From: an uncultured Selenomonadaceae bacterium
GTDB lineage: Bacteria; Bacillota; Negativicutes; Selenomonadales; Selenomonadaceae
Length of the DNA stretch: 64,000 nucleotides
Assembly (NCBI GenBank): GCA_905233135.1
Contig: CAJOCQ010000014.1
Span: 4,643 to 68,642 of the forward strand
Reading direction: 5' to 3'
The notes beneath the pieces were generated by a model. That model had not been told where the DNA came from and made no database searches. It saw only the letters and a program-made list of their open reading frames with translations. Every line of letters begins with the position of its first letter. The stretch's first letter is position 1. Shown here in pieces: positions 9,970 through 19,046 of this stretch. The translations under genes and the position numbers were made by a program.

Positions 9970-11877
9970 CTATTCCTCAAAAGGATTGTCGCCGAAAGGA
10001 TTTTCTTCAACCTTTGCAGATTTTTTCTTTGCAGGTTTTTCGACAGGTTTTTCTTCTGCGTCAAAAGAATCATCACCAAAGGGATTATCACCGAATGGAT
10101 TTTCTTCAACCTTTGCAGATTTTTTCTTTGCTGGTTTTTCAACGGGCTTTTCTTCAGCGTCAAAAGAATCATCGCCAAAAGGATTGTCGCCGAAAGGATT
10201 TTCTTCAACCTTTGCAGATTTTTTCTTTGCAGGTTTTTCTACAGGTTTTTCTACAGGTTTTTCTTCAGCGTCAAAAGAATCATCGCCAAAGGGATTATCA
10301 CCAAAGGGATTTTCTTCAGCCGTTGCAGATTTTTTCTTTGCAGGTTTTTCTACAGGTTTTTCTTCAGCGTCAAAAGAATCATCACCAAAAGAATCATCGC
10401 CAAAGGGATTATCATCAAAAGGATTATCGCCAAAAATATTATCTGTAACTTGAACTTCTTGCTTAGCCTTTTTCTTTTTGGGCTTTTCTTCTACAGGTTT
10501 TTCTTCAGCGTCAAAAGAATCATCGCCAAAGGGATTATCGCCGAATGGATTTTCTTCAAAAATATTGTCGCCGAAAACATTATCCATATTTTGCGAATCT
10601 TGAGCAACTGCGGTTGTAGTGTCAGAAGTTTCAGCGGCGGCTTTTTTCTTTTTCTTCTTCTTTTTCTTTTTGGCGGGGGTGCCGTCGGGATTAAGATTTT
10701 GCACCTGTTGCGGAACTTGTTCGGGCTTGGGCGGTTTAACTTTCTTTTGCTTTTTGGGCTTATCTGCAACGAGTACAACTTCCCTCAAATCGGGGTCAGG
10801 TACATCGTCTTTAGCTTGCGCCTTGCTTTTAATATCGATTTTCCAGCCTGTAATTCTTGCGGCAAGGCGGGCGTTTTGCCCTTCCTTACCAATCGCCAAA
10901 CTAAGTTGATTATTCGGCACTACAACGTGCGAAACTTTTTCGTATTCGCTGACGGCAACTTTCATAACCTTTGAAGGGCTTAAAGCGTTTGCAATAAAAA
11001 TTGCGGGATCCTCGTCCCATTTAACAACGTCAATTTTTTCGTCGCCGAGTTCTTTTGCAATAGCCTGCGCCCTAATGCCGTGTTCGCCTAAACACGCGCC
11101 GACGGGGTCAATATCGGGATTATTTGAAAAAACTGCAATTTTAGCGCGGTTGCCGGGTTCACGTGCAACGCCTTTAATTGTTATAATGCCTTCTTGAATT
11201 TCAGGAACTTCCAATTCAAAAAGTCTGCGCAAAAAGCCGGGATGAGTTCTTGAAAGATAAACTTGCGGACCTTTTCCGATTTTGCGAACTTCGGCAACGT
11301 AAGCGCGGACTCTGTCGCCGATTTTAAATCTGTCGCCGCGCATTTGTTCTATTGGAACAAGAACCGCTTCAGTTTTACCGATGTCAACAATAACGTTGCC
11401 GTCTTCAATTCGCGTAACAGTGCCCGTTACAATATCGTTATCTTTGTTTGTAAATTCGTCATAAACAACGCCGCGCTCGGCTTCACGAATTTTTTGCATA
11501 ACAAATTGTTTTGCCGCCTGCGCCGCAATTCTGCCGAAATTGTTGGGCGAAACTTCATAGCGAACAACGCTGCCAACTTCGTATTTTGAATCAAGGAGTT
11601 TAGCATCCTCAAGCGAAATTTCTCTGTTCCTGTTGGTAACTTCTTCGACAACGTCGCGCAGTTCGTAAACGTGAAAAATTCCGCTGTCTCTGTCCAAATC
11701 TACCACAACTTTTTTATCGGCGGTTGCAGTTTTTTTGCAGGCGAAAATTAACGCCGACTCAATCGCGTCAAATAGGGTATTTTGGTCAATTTCCTTTTCG
11801 GCGCACAATTCTTTCAACGCGGTTATCATTGAAAGTTCGCCGCCGCCTTTTTTTCTTCGTACAGCCAAGTTATCCAT
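9970..11877 (-). CDS. nusA: Transcription termination/antitermination factor NusA with long repetitive acidic/lysine-rich C-terminal tail
   Basis: Conserved N-terminal, S1 and KH regions (e.g. VTRIEDGNVIVDIGK, GACLGEHGIRAQAIAKELGDEKIDVV, LAIGKEGQNARLAARITGWKIDI). Start is ATG 11877 or 11829; neither has a good SD. The tail has a K10 run and six NPFGD-containing units: five ~33-aa repeats plus a terminal partial. Confidence 0.9.
   Translation of the reverse strand: MDNLAVRRKKGGGELSMITALKELCAEKEIDQNTLFDAIESALIFACKKTATADKKVVVDLDRDSGIFHVYELRDVVEEVTNRNREISLEDAKLLDSKYEVGSVVRYEVSPNNFGRIAAQAAKQFVMQKIREAERGVVYDEFTNKDNDIVTGTVTRIEDGNVIVDIGKTEAVLVPIEQMRGDRFKIGDRVRAYVAEVRKIGKGPQVYLSRTHPGFLRRLFELEVPEIQEGIITIKGVAREPGNRAKIAVFSNNPDIDPVGACLGEHGIRAQAIAKELGDEKIDVVKWDEDPAIFIANALSPSKVMKVAVSEYEKVSHVVVPNNQLSLAIGKEGQNARLAARITGWKIDIKSKAQAKDDVPDPDLREVVLVADKPKKQKKVKPPKPEQVPQQVQNLNPDGTPAKKKKKKKKKKAAAETSDTTTAVAQDSQNMDNVFGDNIFEENPFGDNPFGDDSFDAEEKPVEEKPKKKKAKQEVQVTDNIFGDNPFDDNPFGDDSFGDDSFDAEEKPVEKPAKKKSATAEENPFGDNPFGDDSFDAEEKPVEKPVEKPAKKKSAKVEENPFGDNPFGDDSFDAEEKPVEKPAKKKSAKVEENPFGDNPFGDDSFDAEEKPVEKPAKKKSAKVEENPFGDNPFEE
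9973..10590 (-). repeat. Tandem ~99-nt (33-aa) coding repeats inside the nusA 3' end
   Basis: Near-identical units encode EENPFGDNPFGDDSFDAEEKPVEKPAKKKSAKV (five units plus a partial terminal copy; one unit has an extra KPVE). They generate long spurious ORFs in other frames. Confidence 0.9.
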
Positions 11878-11940
11878 CCTCTCGAAAAATTTTTCCGCTG
11901 TAATATTTTATAAGTTATGTTTTATTTTTAAATTTACAAG

Positions 11941-12135
11941 TCGGCATTTCTTTCTTTTTGAAAAAAGAAAGTGCACAGCAAATGCTCTTATTCATCGCAT
12001 TTGCAGGCAAAGAAAGAAAAACTTGCCGCCCGCTAGCGCACAGGGCTTTATAGAAATTGCAAACGCCCAAGCAATTTAACAAAGTAAGACGGGCGCAAAA
12101 GTGTTAGAAGAGTGCATAAGCGGGCGGCTTTTAAG
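11941..12135 (-). repeat. Structured intergenic repeat, family 1 (GC-rich stem + CTTTCTTT palindrome), copy A
   Basis: Palindrome CATTTCTTTCTTTTTGAAAAAAGAAAGTG (11945-11973). GGCAAAGAAAGAAAAACTT is the reverse complement of a 19-mer identical in copy B. Stem arms GCCGCCCGCT (12025-12034) / AGCGGGCGGC (12119-12128). Lies between rimP and nusA. Confidence 0.7.
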
Positions 12136-12174
12136 TACGTGCCCTGTTGCACCTTCATTCTATGTTACAAAATT

Positions 12175-12621
12175 TTAAAAATCTATGTGCAATCTGACTT
12201 GTGCAATTTTTTCGCGCGGTATAGGTTCAAATTCTTGCAACTTCAAAAAATTTTTGTCTCGACTTTCAAGCGTACCTGTAAGATTTTTTTTGCCGTTAAG
12301 CGGCGCGTATAAAGTCACGTCAACAACTTTGCCCGCCTCGCGTACAAAATCCCTGTCCTTTTTCAGCACCCTGTCAATTCCGGGCGAAGAGACTTCTAAA
12401 ATATACGGCTCCTTCATAAGCGGTTCTTTGTCAAGAATTGCGCCGACTTTTTCGCTCAAAAATTGGCAATCGTCCAAGTCAATCCCGCCCGCCTTGTCAA
12501 CAAAAATTCTCAAATACCAATCCCTTTCCATAGTATATTCAACGTCAACAAGTTCGTATTTTGTGCCTTGCAAAACTTCATTCATAATTTCTTCAACGCG
12601 CATTTCAATTTTGTTCGCCAT
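12175..12621 (-). CDS. rimP: Ribosome maturation factor RimP
   Basis: ATG 12621 preceded by GGGAGG. MANKIEMRVEEIMNEV...YILEVSSPGIDRVLKKDRDF (SSPG motif). First gene of the rimP-nusA-infB operon. Confidence 0.85.
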   Translation of the reverse strand: MANKIEMRVEEIMNEVLQGTKYELVDVEYTMERDWYLRIFVDKAGGIDLDDCQFLSEKVGAILDKEPLMKEPYILEVSSPGIDRVLKKDRDFVREAGKVVDVTLYAPLNGKKNLTGTLESRDKNFLKLQEFEPIPREKIAQVRLHIDF

Positions 12622-12780
12622 TAAAAGCCTCCCGTTTTCCCCTACAATATTAAAGAGTGGACAAAAAACGCCCACTCCAAAAATTTTGCTTTTTATGAAG
12701 TTTATGCATTATAACACCTAAAAAAAAAACTGTAAATAATTTTTCCAAATTCGTGAAACTTTTTAATAAATACGGTGCAG

Positions 12781-12809
12781 TTGTCATTTGTTTTTTCAAG
12801 TGCTATACT
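12781..12809 (+). promoter_or_regulatory. Sigma70-like promoter candidate for serS
   Basis: TTGTCA (12781-12786), 17-nt spacer, TATACT (12804-12809). AAGGGAG RBS follows, then ATG 12843. Confidence 0.5.
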
Positions 12810-12842
12810 TTTTCGGAAAATTATTGAAAGGGAGCAAATTAA

Positions 12843-14123
12843 ATGCTTGATATGAAATTTGTTCGTGACAATTTAGACTTTGTCCGCACAATGTTAAAAA
12901 ATCGTAACAATTCCTTAAACCTTGATAACTTCGCAGAACTTGAACAAAAACGCCGTGATTTGTTAAACGAAGTCGAACAGCTTAAAACTCAAAGAAATTC
13001 CACTTCAAAAAAAATTGGCGCAATGAAAAAAGCCGGCGAAGATACCGCCGCAATTTCCGCCGAAATGCGCGCCGTCGGCGATAAAATTTCTGCGCTCGAT
13101 AACGAATTGAAAAACGTTGAAGAAAATCTGCGCGATATTCTTCTCCATATTCCCAACATTCCCAAAGACGATGTACCCGTTGGCAAGGACGACAGCGAAA
13201 ATCCCGAAATTCGCAGACACGGTACGCCGCGCACTTTTGATTTTACGCCGAAGGCACATTGGGAAATTGGCGAAAATTTAAAAATTCTCGACGCTGACCG
13301 CGCCGCTAAAGTTACGGGCGCAAGATTTACTTTTTATAAAGGGCTCGGCGCACGCCTTGAACGCGCTTGTATAAATTTTATGATGGACTTGCACGCCAAC
13401 AAACACGGCTATACAGAAATGCTCGCGCCGTACATTGTCAACAAGGACAGTATGATTGGCACGGGGCAACTTCCGAAATTTGCTGAAGATATGTTTAAAC
13501 TTGAAGGGCTTGATTATTATTTGGTACCAACTGCGGAAGTGCCTACCACAAATTATCACCGTGACGAAATTTTATCAGCCGAAAATTTGCCCGAATATTT
13601 CAGTTGCTATACTGCGTGTTTTCGCGCAGAAGCGGGCGCGGCGGGACGTGATACGCGCGGCTTAATTCGTCAACACCAATTTAACAAAGTCGAATTGATT
13701 AAATTTACAACGCCTGAAACTTCTTGGGCTGAACTTGAAAGTATGGTTGACGCCGCCGAAGATGTTTTAAGAATTTTGGAAATTCCCTACCGCGTCGTTT
13801 TGCTTTGTACGGGCGATATGAGTTTCACTTCCGCAAAAACTTATGATATTGAAGTTTGGATGCCTGCGCAAAATAAATACCGCGAAATTTCTTCCTGCTC
13901 AAATTGCACGGATTATCAAGCGCGCCGCGCCAATATTAAATTCCGCCGCGATAATAAATCTAAGCCTGAATTTGTACATACTTTGAACGGCTCGGGAATT
14001 GCTGTCGGGCGCACTGTTGCCGCTATTTTGGAAAATTATCAAAACGAAGACGGCAGCGTTACTGTTCCAAAAGCTTTAATTCCGTATATGGGCGGCGTTG
14101 AAGTTATAAAGACTCAGGGATAA
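12843..14123 (+). CDS. serS: Seryl-tRNA synthetase
   Basis: 426 aa. N-terminal coiled-coil [14 protein letters not shown]. Class II motifs [21 protein letters not shown] and [12 protein letters not shown]. Confidence 0.95.
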   Translation: MLDMKFVRDNLDFVRTMLKNRNNSLNLDNFAELEQKRRDLLNEVEQLKTQRNSTSKKIGAMKKAGEDTAAISAEMRAVGDKISALDNELKNVEENLRDILLHIPNIPKDDVPVGKDDSENPEIRRHGTPRTFDFTPKAHWEIGENLKILDADRAAKVTGARFTFYKGLGARLERACINFMMDLHANKHGYTEMLAPYIVNKDSMIGTGQLPKFAEDMFKLEGLDYYLVPTAEVPTTNYHRDEILSAENLPEYFSCYTACFRAEAGAAGRDTRGLIRQHQFNKVELIKFTTPETSWAELESMVDAAEDVLRILEIPYRVVLLCTGDMSFTSAKTYDIEVWMPAQNKYREISSCSNCTDYQARRANIKFRRDNKSKPEFVHTLNGSGIAVGRTVAAILENYQNEDGSVTVPKALIPYMGGVEVIKTQG

Positions 14124-14149
14124 AGCCTAAGGGATAGGGATTTTTTAAA

Positions 14150-14905
14150 GTGATTGAATTTGGAAAAAAATCTTTGGTAATGGGAATTTTGAATATTACG
14201 CCGGACAGTTTTTCGGACGGCGGTTTTTTTTTAACGGCTGAAAGTGCAATTCTTCACGCAAAAAAACTTGTTGCAGACGGCGCGAATATTCTTGACATTG
14301 GCGCAGAATCCACGCGCCCTAACTTTACGCCCGTTACTGCCGCTGAAGAAATTTCACGCCTTGAAAAAATTTTGCCCGCAGTAAAAAATTTCGGAGTTCC
14401 AATTTCTGTTGACACGTACAAGCCCGAAGTTGCAGAATTTGCGCTTGCAAACGGCGCGGCGATTATTAACGCGGTCGGCGGCGATATGTTTAAAGTTGCA
14501 AAAAAATTTAACGCGCCGCTGATTCTTATGCACAATAAAAAATTTTCAAGCGGCGATATTATTTCTGACGTGAAAAATTTTTTCAAAAAAAATCTGCGCG
14601 AAGATTTACAAATAATTTTCGACGTTGGAATAGGATTCGGCAAAACGCAGGAAGAAAATTTGACACTGCTAAAAAATCTGCGCGAATTTAAATTTATTGA
14701 CGGGCGAGAAATTCCGTTACTTTTGGGCGTCAGCAGAAAAAGTGTTATCGGCTATGCAACGGGCTTTGAAGTTGATAACAGAGACGAGGCAACGGGCGCA
14801 ATTTGCGTTTTGGCGGCGGCGGCGGGCGTTAATATTTTGCGCGTGCATAACGTTGCAATGATTTCTAAAATGTTGCGAATGACTGATATTTTGATTGGAG
14901 GTTAA
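14150..14905 (+). CDS. folP: Dihydropteroate synthase
   Basis: 251 aa. MGILNITPDSFSDGG pterin-binding motif, DIGAESTRP, GVSRKS. GTG start at 14150, or the internal ATG at 14180. Confidence 0.9.
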   Translation: MIEFGKKSLVMGILNITPDSFSDGGFFLTAESAILHAKKLVADGANILDIGAESTRPNFTPVTAAEEISRLEKILPAVKNFGVPISVDTYKPEVAEFALANGAAIINAVGGDMFKVAKKFNAPLILMHNKKFSSGDIISDVKNFFKKNLREDLQIIFDVGIGFGKTQEENLTLLKNLREFKFIDGREIPLLLGVSRKSVIGYATGFEVDNRDEATGAICVLAAAAGVNILRVHNVAMISKMLRMTDILIGG

Positions 14906-14908
14906 AAA

Positions 14909-15271
14909 ATGGATAAATTAATTTTAAAGGGCATAGAAATTTTCGGGCGGCACGGCTGCCACATTGAAGAACAACAGCGCGGGCAAATTTTCAAAGTTGA
15001 CATTGAATTGGATTTGAATTTGGAGAAGGCGGGCAAAACTGACGATATTAACGAAACTGTTGACTATCCGCAAGTTTTGTTTGACGTTGAAAAAATTGTC
15101 GGCGGTACTCCGCGCAAATTAATTGAAACAGTTGCTGAAGAAATTGCAGAAACTTTATTAAAAAATTATCCGTGCGTCGAAAGTTTGAAAGTTGTATTGC
15201 ACAAACCCAACGCGCCGTTGCTCGTCAGATATGCTGAAGCGGCGGTAGAAATTTCAAGGCGCAGAAAATGA
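14909..15271 (+). CDS. folB: Dihydroneopterin aldolase
   Basis: 120 aa. GIEIFGRHGCHIEEQQRGQIFKVDIEL is a typical FolB core. Lies between folP and folK. Confidence 0.85.
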   Translation: MDKLILKGIEIFGRHGCHIEEQQRGQIFKVDIELDLNLEKAGKTDDINETVDYPQVLFDVEKIVGGTPRKLIETVAEEIAETLLKNYPCVESLKVVLHKPNAPLLVRYAEAAVEISRRRK

Positions 15272-16185
15272 TTTGCTATTTGGGCTTGGGGGCGAATTTG
15301 GGCGACAAGAAAAAAAATCTTTACGCCGCCCTTGAACAAATAAAAAAAATTCGCGGCGTCAAACTTTTGCGCGTCTCGTCATTTTACGAAACAGCGGCTT
15401 GGGGCGTCACGAATCAGCCGAATTTTATTAACGCCGCTGTAAAAATTTTTTCTGAAATTGAGCCGCTTGCATTGCTTGACGAATTGCAACGAATCGAAAA
15501 AAATTTGGGGCGCGTGCGAAAAGAACATTGGGGCGCACGCACCATTGACATTGATATTTTGCTGATTGACGATTTAAAAATAAATTGCGAGCGTTTAACA
15601 GTGCCGCACAAATTTTTATACGCGCGGGATTTTGTACTGGTGCCGCTTAGTGAAATTTTGCCGACGCTTGAATTTAAATTGCACGGCGACGAAGTAAAAA
15701 AAATTGCAGGCAGTCCCGCCGATTTTAATTTAAAGGCGGTTGCCTGCGTCGATAAAAATTTTGGCATTGGCTACAAAAATAATTTGCTGTTTAAAATTCC
15801 CGATGACTTGAAAAATTTCCGCGCGTTGACGCTGAATAACGTTGTAATTTACGGGCGCAAAACTTTAGAAACTTTGCCGAATTGTCAGCCGTTGCCTTCG
15901 CGCAGAAATATTATTTTGAGCAAAACGCTAAAAAAAATTCCCAACGCCGAAATTGTAAGCAGCATTGAAAATCTTTGGGAAATTTTGCGCGGCGAAAATA
16001 AAAATTTTGTAATTGGCGGCGCGGAAATTTTTGAGGAACTTTTGCCATATACGAGCGAAATTTTTTTAACGGCAGTTGACGCCGAAAAGCCCGCCGATAA
16101 ATTTTTTCCGCCGCTTGACGATTTTAAAATTGTTGAATCAAAAATTTTTCCTGAATTTAAAATTTTGCGCTATGCTAAATTCTAG
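15268..16185 (+). CDS. Bifunctional HPPK (FolK) - dihydrofolate reductase (FolA) fusion
   Basis: N-terminal half is HPPK (YLGLGANLGD, WGARTIDIDIL). C-terminal half is DHFR (VACVDKNFGIGYKNNLLFKIPDDLKNFRALT, VIYGRKTLETLP, RRNIILSK). ATGA overlap with the folB stop. Confidence 0.8.
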   Translation: MICYLGLGANLGDKKKNLYAALEQIKKIRGVKLLRVSSFYETAAWGVTNQPNFINAAVKIFSEIEPLALLDELQRIEKNLGRVRKEHWGARTIDIDILLIDDLKINCERLTVPHKFLYARDFVLVPLSEILPTLEFKLHGDEVKKIAGSPADFNLKAVACVDKNFGIGYKNNLLFKIPDDLKNFRALTLNNVVIYGRKTLETLPNCQPLPSRRNIILSKTLKKIPNAEIVSSIENLWEILRGENKNFVIGGAEIFEELLPYTSEIFLTAVDAEKPADKFFPPLDDFKIVESKIFPEFKILRYAKF

Positions 16186-16882
16186 CCTCAAAATGCTTGC
16201 CTTTGTCGTCGTCCTTTTTGGGCGGCGATATTTTTGTTGGCGCAGAAATTTTTTCAGAAACGGCTTTTAAACGTTGGCTTGAGTCCTCAAATAAATCTGA
16301 CTTTTTGAGCGCGGGATTTTTTTTAAGCAAAACTTTTCTGACAAAAACAACGCTTAAAATTCCGACAAGCACAAGCATTACAATCCAATAAATTCCGCTG
16401 TAACTTTCGCCTTGATTTTGGTTGAGCGGGCGCGGCTTTTCTGTAACAGTTTGCATTTGATTGAGTTGGCGGTCTTCCTCTTGAAATTCGCGCAAAATTT
16501 CTTTGCCTTTGTTGCTTTTTTCGCTTGCAACGGGAACATTTTGAGTAGCGGGCGGTTCATTTTCGGGGCGCGTGATAGTTTTTTTAGTTAAAGCTCCGCC
16601 GCCGTTTGCAACGGATTCACGCGCCATATCTTCGGGCGTTGTAATTTTTCTTTCTGAAATTTGCGGCGACGAATTTTCGACGGGCTTTTCAACTTTTTTT
16701 TCGACGGGCTTTTCTTGAACTTCTGCGACGGGTTTTTCTTCGGTTTCAATTTTTGGCTGAAAATCTTCACGCTTGAAAGGCACTTCAAAAAATTGGTGCG
16801 CGTCAATGCGCGGCGCAGAATCTGCCGTTTCGCCCTTGTCGATTGTCGGCGGAGTCGGCGGCGTTGGAAGTTTCAGAGCCAT
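16175..16882 (-). CDS. Hypothetical membrane-anchored protein, Pro/Glu/Lys-rich with one TM helix
   Basis: 235 aa. Its ATG overlaps the ddh stop (TAATG coupling). Single hydrophobic segment IYWIVMLVLVGILSVVFV. No recognisable family. Confidence 0.55.
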   Translation of the reverse strand: MALKLPTPPTPPTIDKGETADSAPRIDAHQFFEVPFKREDFQPKIETEEKPVAEVQEKPVEKKVEKPVENSSPQISERKITTPEDMARESVANGGGALTKKTITRPENEPPATQNVPVASEKSNKGKEILREFQEEDRQLNQMQTVTEKPRPLNQNQGESYSGIYWIVMLVLVGILSVVFVRKVLLKKNPALKKSDLFEDSSQRLKAVSEKISAPTKISPPKKDDDKGKHFEARI

Positions 16883-17862
16883 TACAATAATTGGGCGCGA
16901 AGTTCCGCGCCTGTCTTCGCCGAAAGGTACGCGGGCGGAATATCTAAAACAGTCTTGCAGCCGAAAATTTTTTCATTGTACAGCCGAAAAGCCGCGCGCG
17001 CGTACGCAATTAAAACGTTCGACGTAAATTCGGGATTTGAATCAAGTTTTAAATTAAATTCGATAATGTGATTGTGCGCAAAATTTTCGCCCGTGTTGCC
17101 GCTGCGAATGACAAATCCGCCGTGCGCCAAGCCGCTATGATTTTTTAAAAATTCGTCTTCGCTGATAAAATTAACCGTTGTATCATAATCTGCAAAATAA
17201 TTCGGCATAGTTTTAATTTGGCGTTCAATTTCGGCGGCATCCGCGCCATCTTCCAAAACTACAAAACATTCGCGCAGATGTTTTTGGCGCGTGGTAAGTT
17301 CAGGATTTTTGCCGCTGCGCACTGCATTTAACGCCGCGTCAATCGGAATTGTATATTGCTTTGCATTTTTAACGCCCTTAATTCTGCGCACTGCGTCAGA
17401 GTGCCCTTGACTTACGCCCTTGCCCCAAAATGTATAATCCTTGCCGTTGGGAAGAATTGCATTGCCGTAAGCGCGCGCCAATGAAAATAATCCCGGATCC
17501 CAACCGACAGAAATTATTGCAACGTGATTTGAATTTGTCGCCGCCGCGTCAACTTTGGCAAAGTGTTCGGGAATTTTTGCGTGCGTGTCGAAACTGTCAA
17601 TGACATTAAACATTTCGGCAAATTTCGGCGTCTGCTCAGGTAAATCGGTCGCACTGCCGCCGCATAAAATCATTACGTCAATTTTATCTTGCCAATTTGC
17701 AACTTCGCTCAAATTTACAACGGGAACATTCGGCGTATTAATTTTCACGCTTGCAGGATTTCTGCGCGTAAAAACCGCCGCCAATTCGCAGTCAGAATTT
17801 TCTTTGACAGCGTATTCAACGCCGCGCCCCAAATTGCCATAACCTAAAATTCCTATCTTCAT
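16882..17862 (-). CDS. ddh: meso-Diaminopimelate D-dehydrogenase
   Basis: ATG 17862 with GGAGG 8 nt upstream. MKIGILGYGNLGRGVE, CGGSATDLPEQTPKFA, GWDPGLFS and WGKGVSQGHSDAVRRI closely follow the Corynebacterium Ddh pattern. Confidence 0.85.
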   Translation of the reverse strand: MKIGILGYGNLGRGVEYAVKENSDCELAAVFTRRNPASVKINTPNVPVVNLSEVANWQDKIDVMILCGGSATDLPEQTPKFAEMFNVIDSFDTHAKIPEHFAKVDAAATNSNHVAIISVGWDPGLFSLARAYGNAILPNGKDYTFWGKGVSQGHSDAVRRIKGVKNAKQYTIPIDAALNAVRSGKNPELTTRQKHLRECFVVLEDGADAAEIERQIKTMPNYFADYDTTVNFISEDEFLKNHSGLAHGGFVIRSGNTGENFAHNHIIEFNLKLDSNPEFTSNVLIAYARAAFRLYNEKIFGCKTVLDIPPAYLSAKTGAELRAQLL

Positions 17863-17879
17863 AAAATTTACCTCCAAAA

Positions 17880-19046
17880 TTAATTAATTTGCAAGTCAAA
17901 AATACTATGCAACGAATTAAAATCCTGCCGCCAATTTTTCGGCGTCTCAAAAAGTGTCGCTCTTAAATCCGTTGCAAGTAAATCAAACGCAAGAGTTTTT
18001 TTGTACGGTTCCAAAATTTTTCCTGTCAAAATCTCTTTCGACGTTAAATGTTGTGCAACTTTTGTAACGATTGGCAGGCGGCTTTTTAAATTTTTTAAAA
18101 GTTTTCGCCCGCGTTCGTTGCAAGCTAAAATTCTTGCGTAGTCTTCGACGCTTGAAATTTTTTCCGCCGTTACGTTCAACAAAAAATGTAACAGCAACCT
18201 TTTAACGCGGCTTATTGTAAAACGCCGATTGACAACGCCGCTTACAAGTTCCGAAAAATTTTTTGCACTTCGCGCAGATTCTATCAGCTTAAATTCTATG
18301 CCTTCGCTCATACCGTAAATTTTTTTTAAGTTGTTTAAGTCTGACGTTAAAATTTTTGTGACAAGCGGGCGGAATAAAAATTTTTCTTCGGGCAATTCGG
18401 CGGCTTGTAAAATTTCTAAAACGTTTGAAGGTACAGAAATTTTTTCCCAACGCACAGGCTTTTCAAAAAGTGCGTGCCTGATTGAAGTTGCACTTGAAAT
18501 AACTTTGTCGCGCGGGATTAACAGCGGCGAAATATTTTTTGGCAATGCCCGCAAATACTCTATCGCCAAAATTGTATTCGGCAACTTTAAAAATTTTTCG
18601 TCAATCTGCGCGACGTTCGACAAAATTTTTGAAACTGCCTCCGCGTACGATTTGCCGTCCGACATTTCCAATTTTAATTTTTCGGCAAAATTTTTATCTG
18701 CGAAAGTTTCCGCCGCCAATTTTAATTTTTCCACGTCAAAAACTTCCGCGCCGAATGCCAATTTGTCAATTCCAATTTTTACTAAAAGATTTACGCCGCC
18801 GCGTGCGAAATCCTGCGCACTTCTTACTGCGTACAAAAAAGGCAATTCCAAAACTAAATCCACGCCGCCTAAAATTGCAAGCCGCGCCCGCGTCCATTTA
18901 TCCAAAATTGCAGGCGTGCCGCGTTGAGTAAAACTGCCGCTCATTACCGCCACAATTTCTTCGGCAGGAAAAATTTTTTTAATTTCCGAAATTTGGTAGG
19001 CGTGCCCCGCGTGAAAAGGATTGTATTCCACAATTATCCCAATCAT
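17880..19046 (-). CDS. tmcAL: tRNA(Met) cytidine acetate ligase (YlbM/TmcAL family nucleotidyltransferase)
   Basis: 388 aa. GIIVEYNPFHAGHAYQ, VMSGSFTQRGTPAILDKW and VDLVLELPFLYAV match the YlbM/TmcAL N-terminus. Confidence 0.8.
   Translation of the reverse strand: MIGIIVEYNPFHAGHAYQISEIKKIFPAEEIVAVMSGSFTQRGTPAILDKWTRARLAILGGVDLVLELPFLYAVRSAQDFARGGVNLLVKIGIDKLAFGAEVFDVEKLKLAAETFADKNFAEKLKLEMSDGKSYAEAVSKILSNVAQIDEKFLKLPNTILAIEYLRALPKNISPLLIPRDKVISSATSIRHALFEKPVRWEKISVPSNVLEILQAAELPEEKFLFRPLVTKILTSDLNNLKKIYGMSEGIEFKLIESARSAKNFSELVSGVVNRRFTISRVKRLLLHFLLNVTAEKISSVEDYARILACNERGRKLLKNLKSRLPIVTKVAQHLTSKEILTGKILEPYKKTLAFDLLATDLRATLFETPKNWRQDFNSLHSIFDLQIN

Noticed and set aside
9684-10974. Long ORFs overlapping the nusA 3' end (174 aa minus strand; 184, 337 and 155 aa plus strand)
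   Set aside because: These are alternative-frame and antisense readings of the 99-nt tandem repeats, with low-complexity periodic sequences. Only the last 81 codons of the 174-aa ORF (ylxR) look real.
12676-12842. T-box leader upstream of serS
   Set aside because: Only ~120 nt lie between the poly-A tract and the ATG, and a plain promoter plus RBS fills them. There is no specifier hairpin, T-box sequence or terminator/antiterminator pair.
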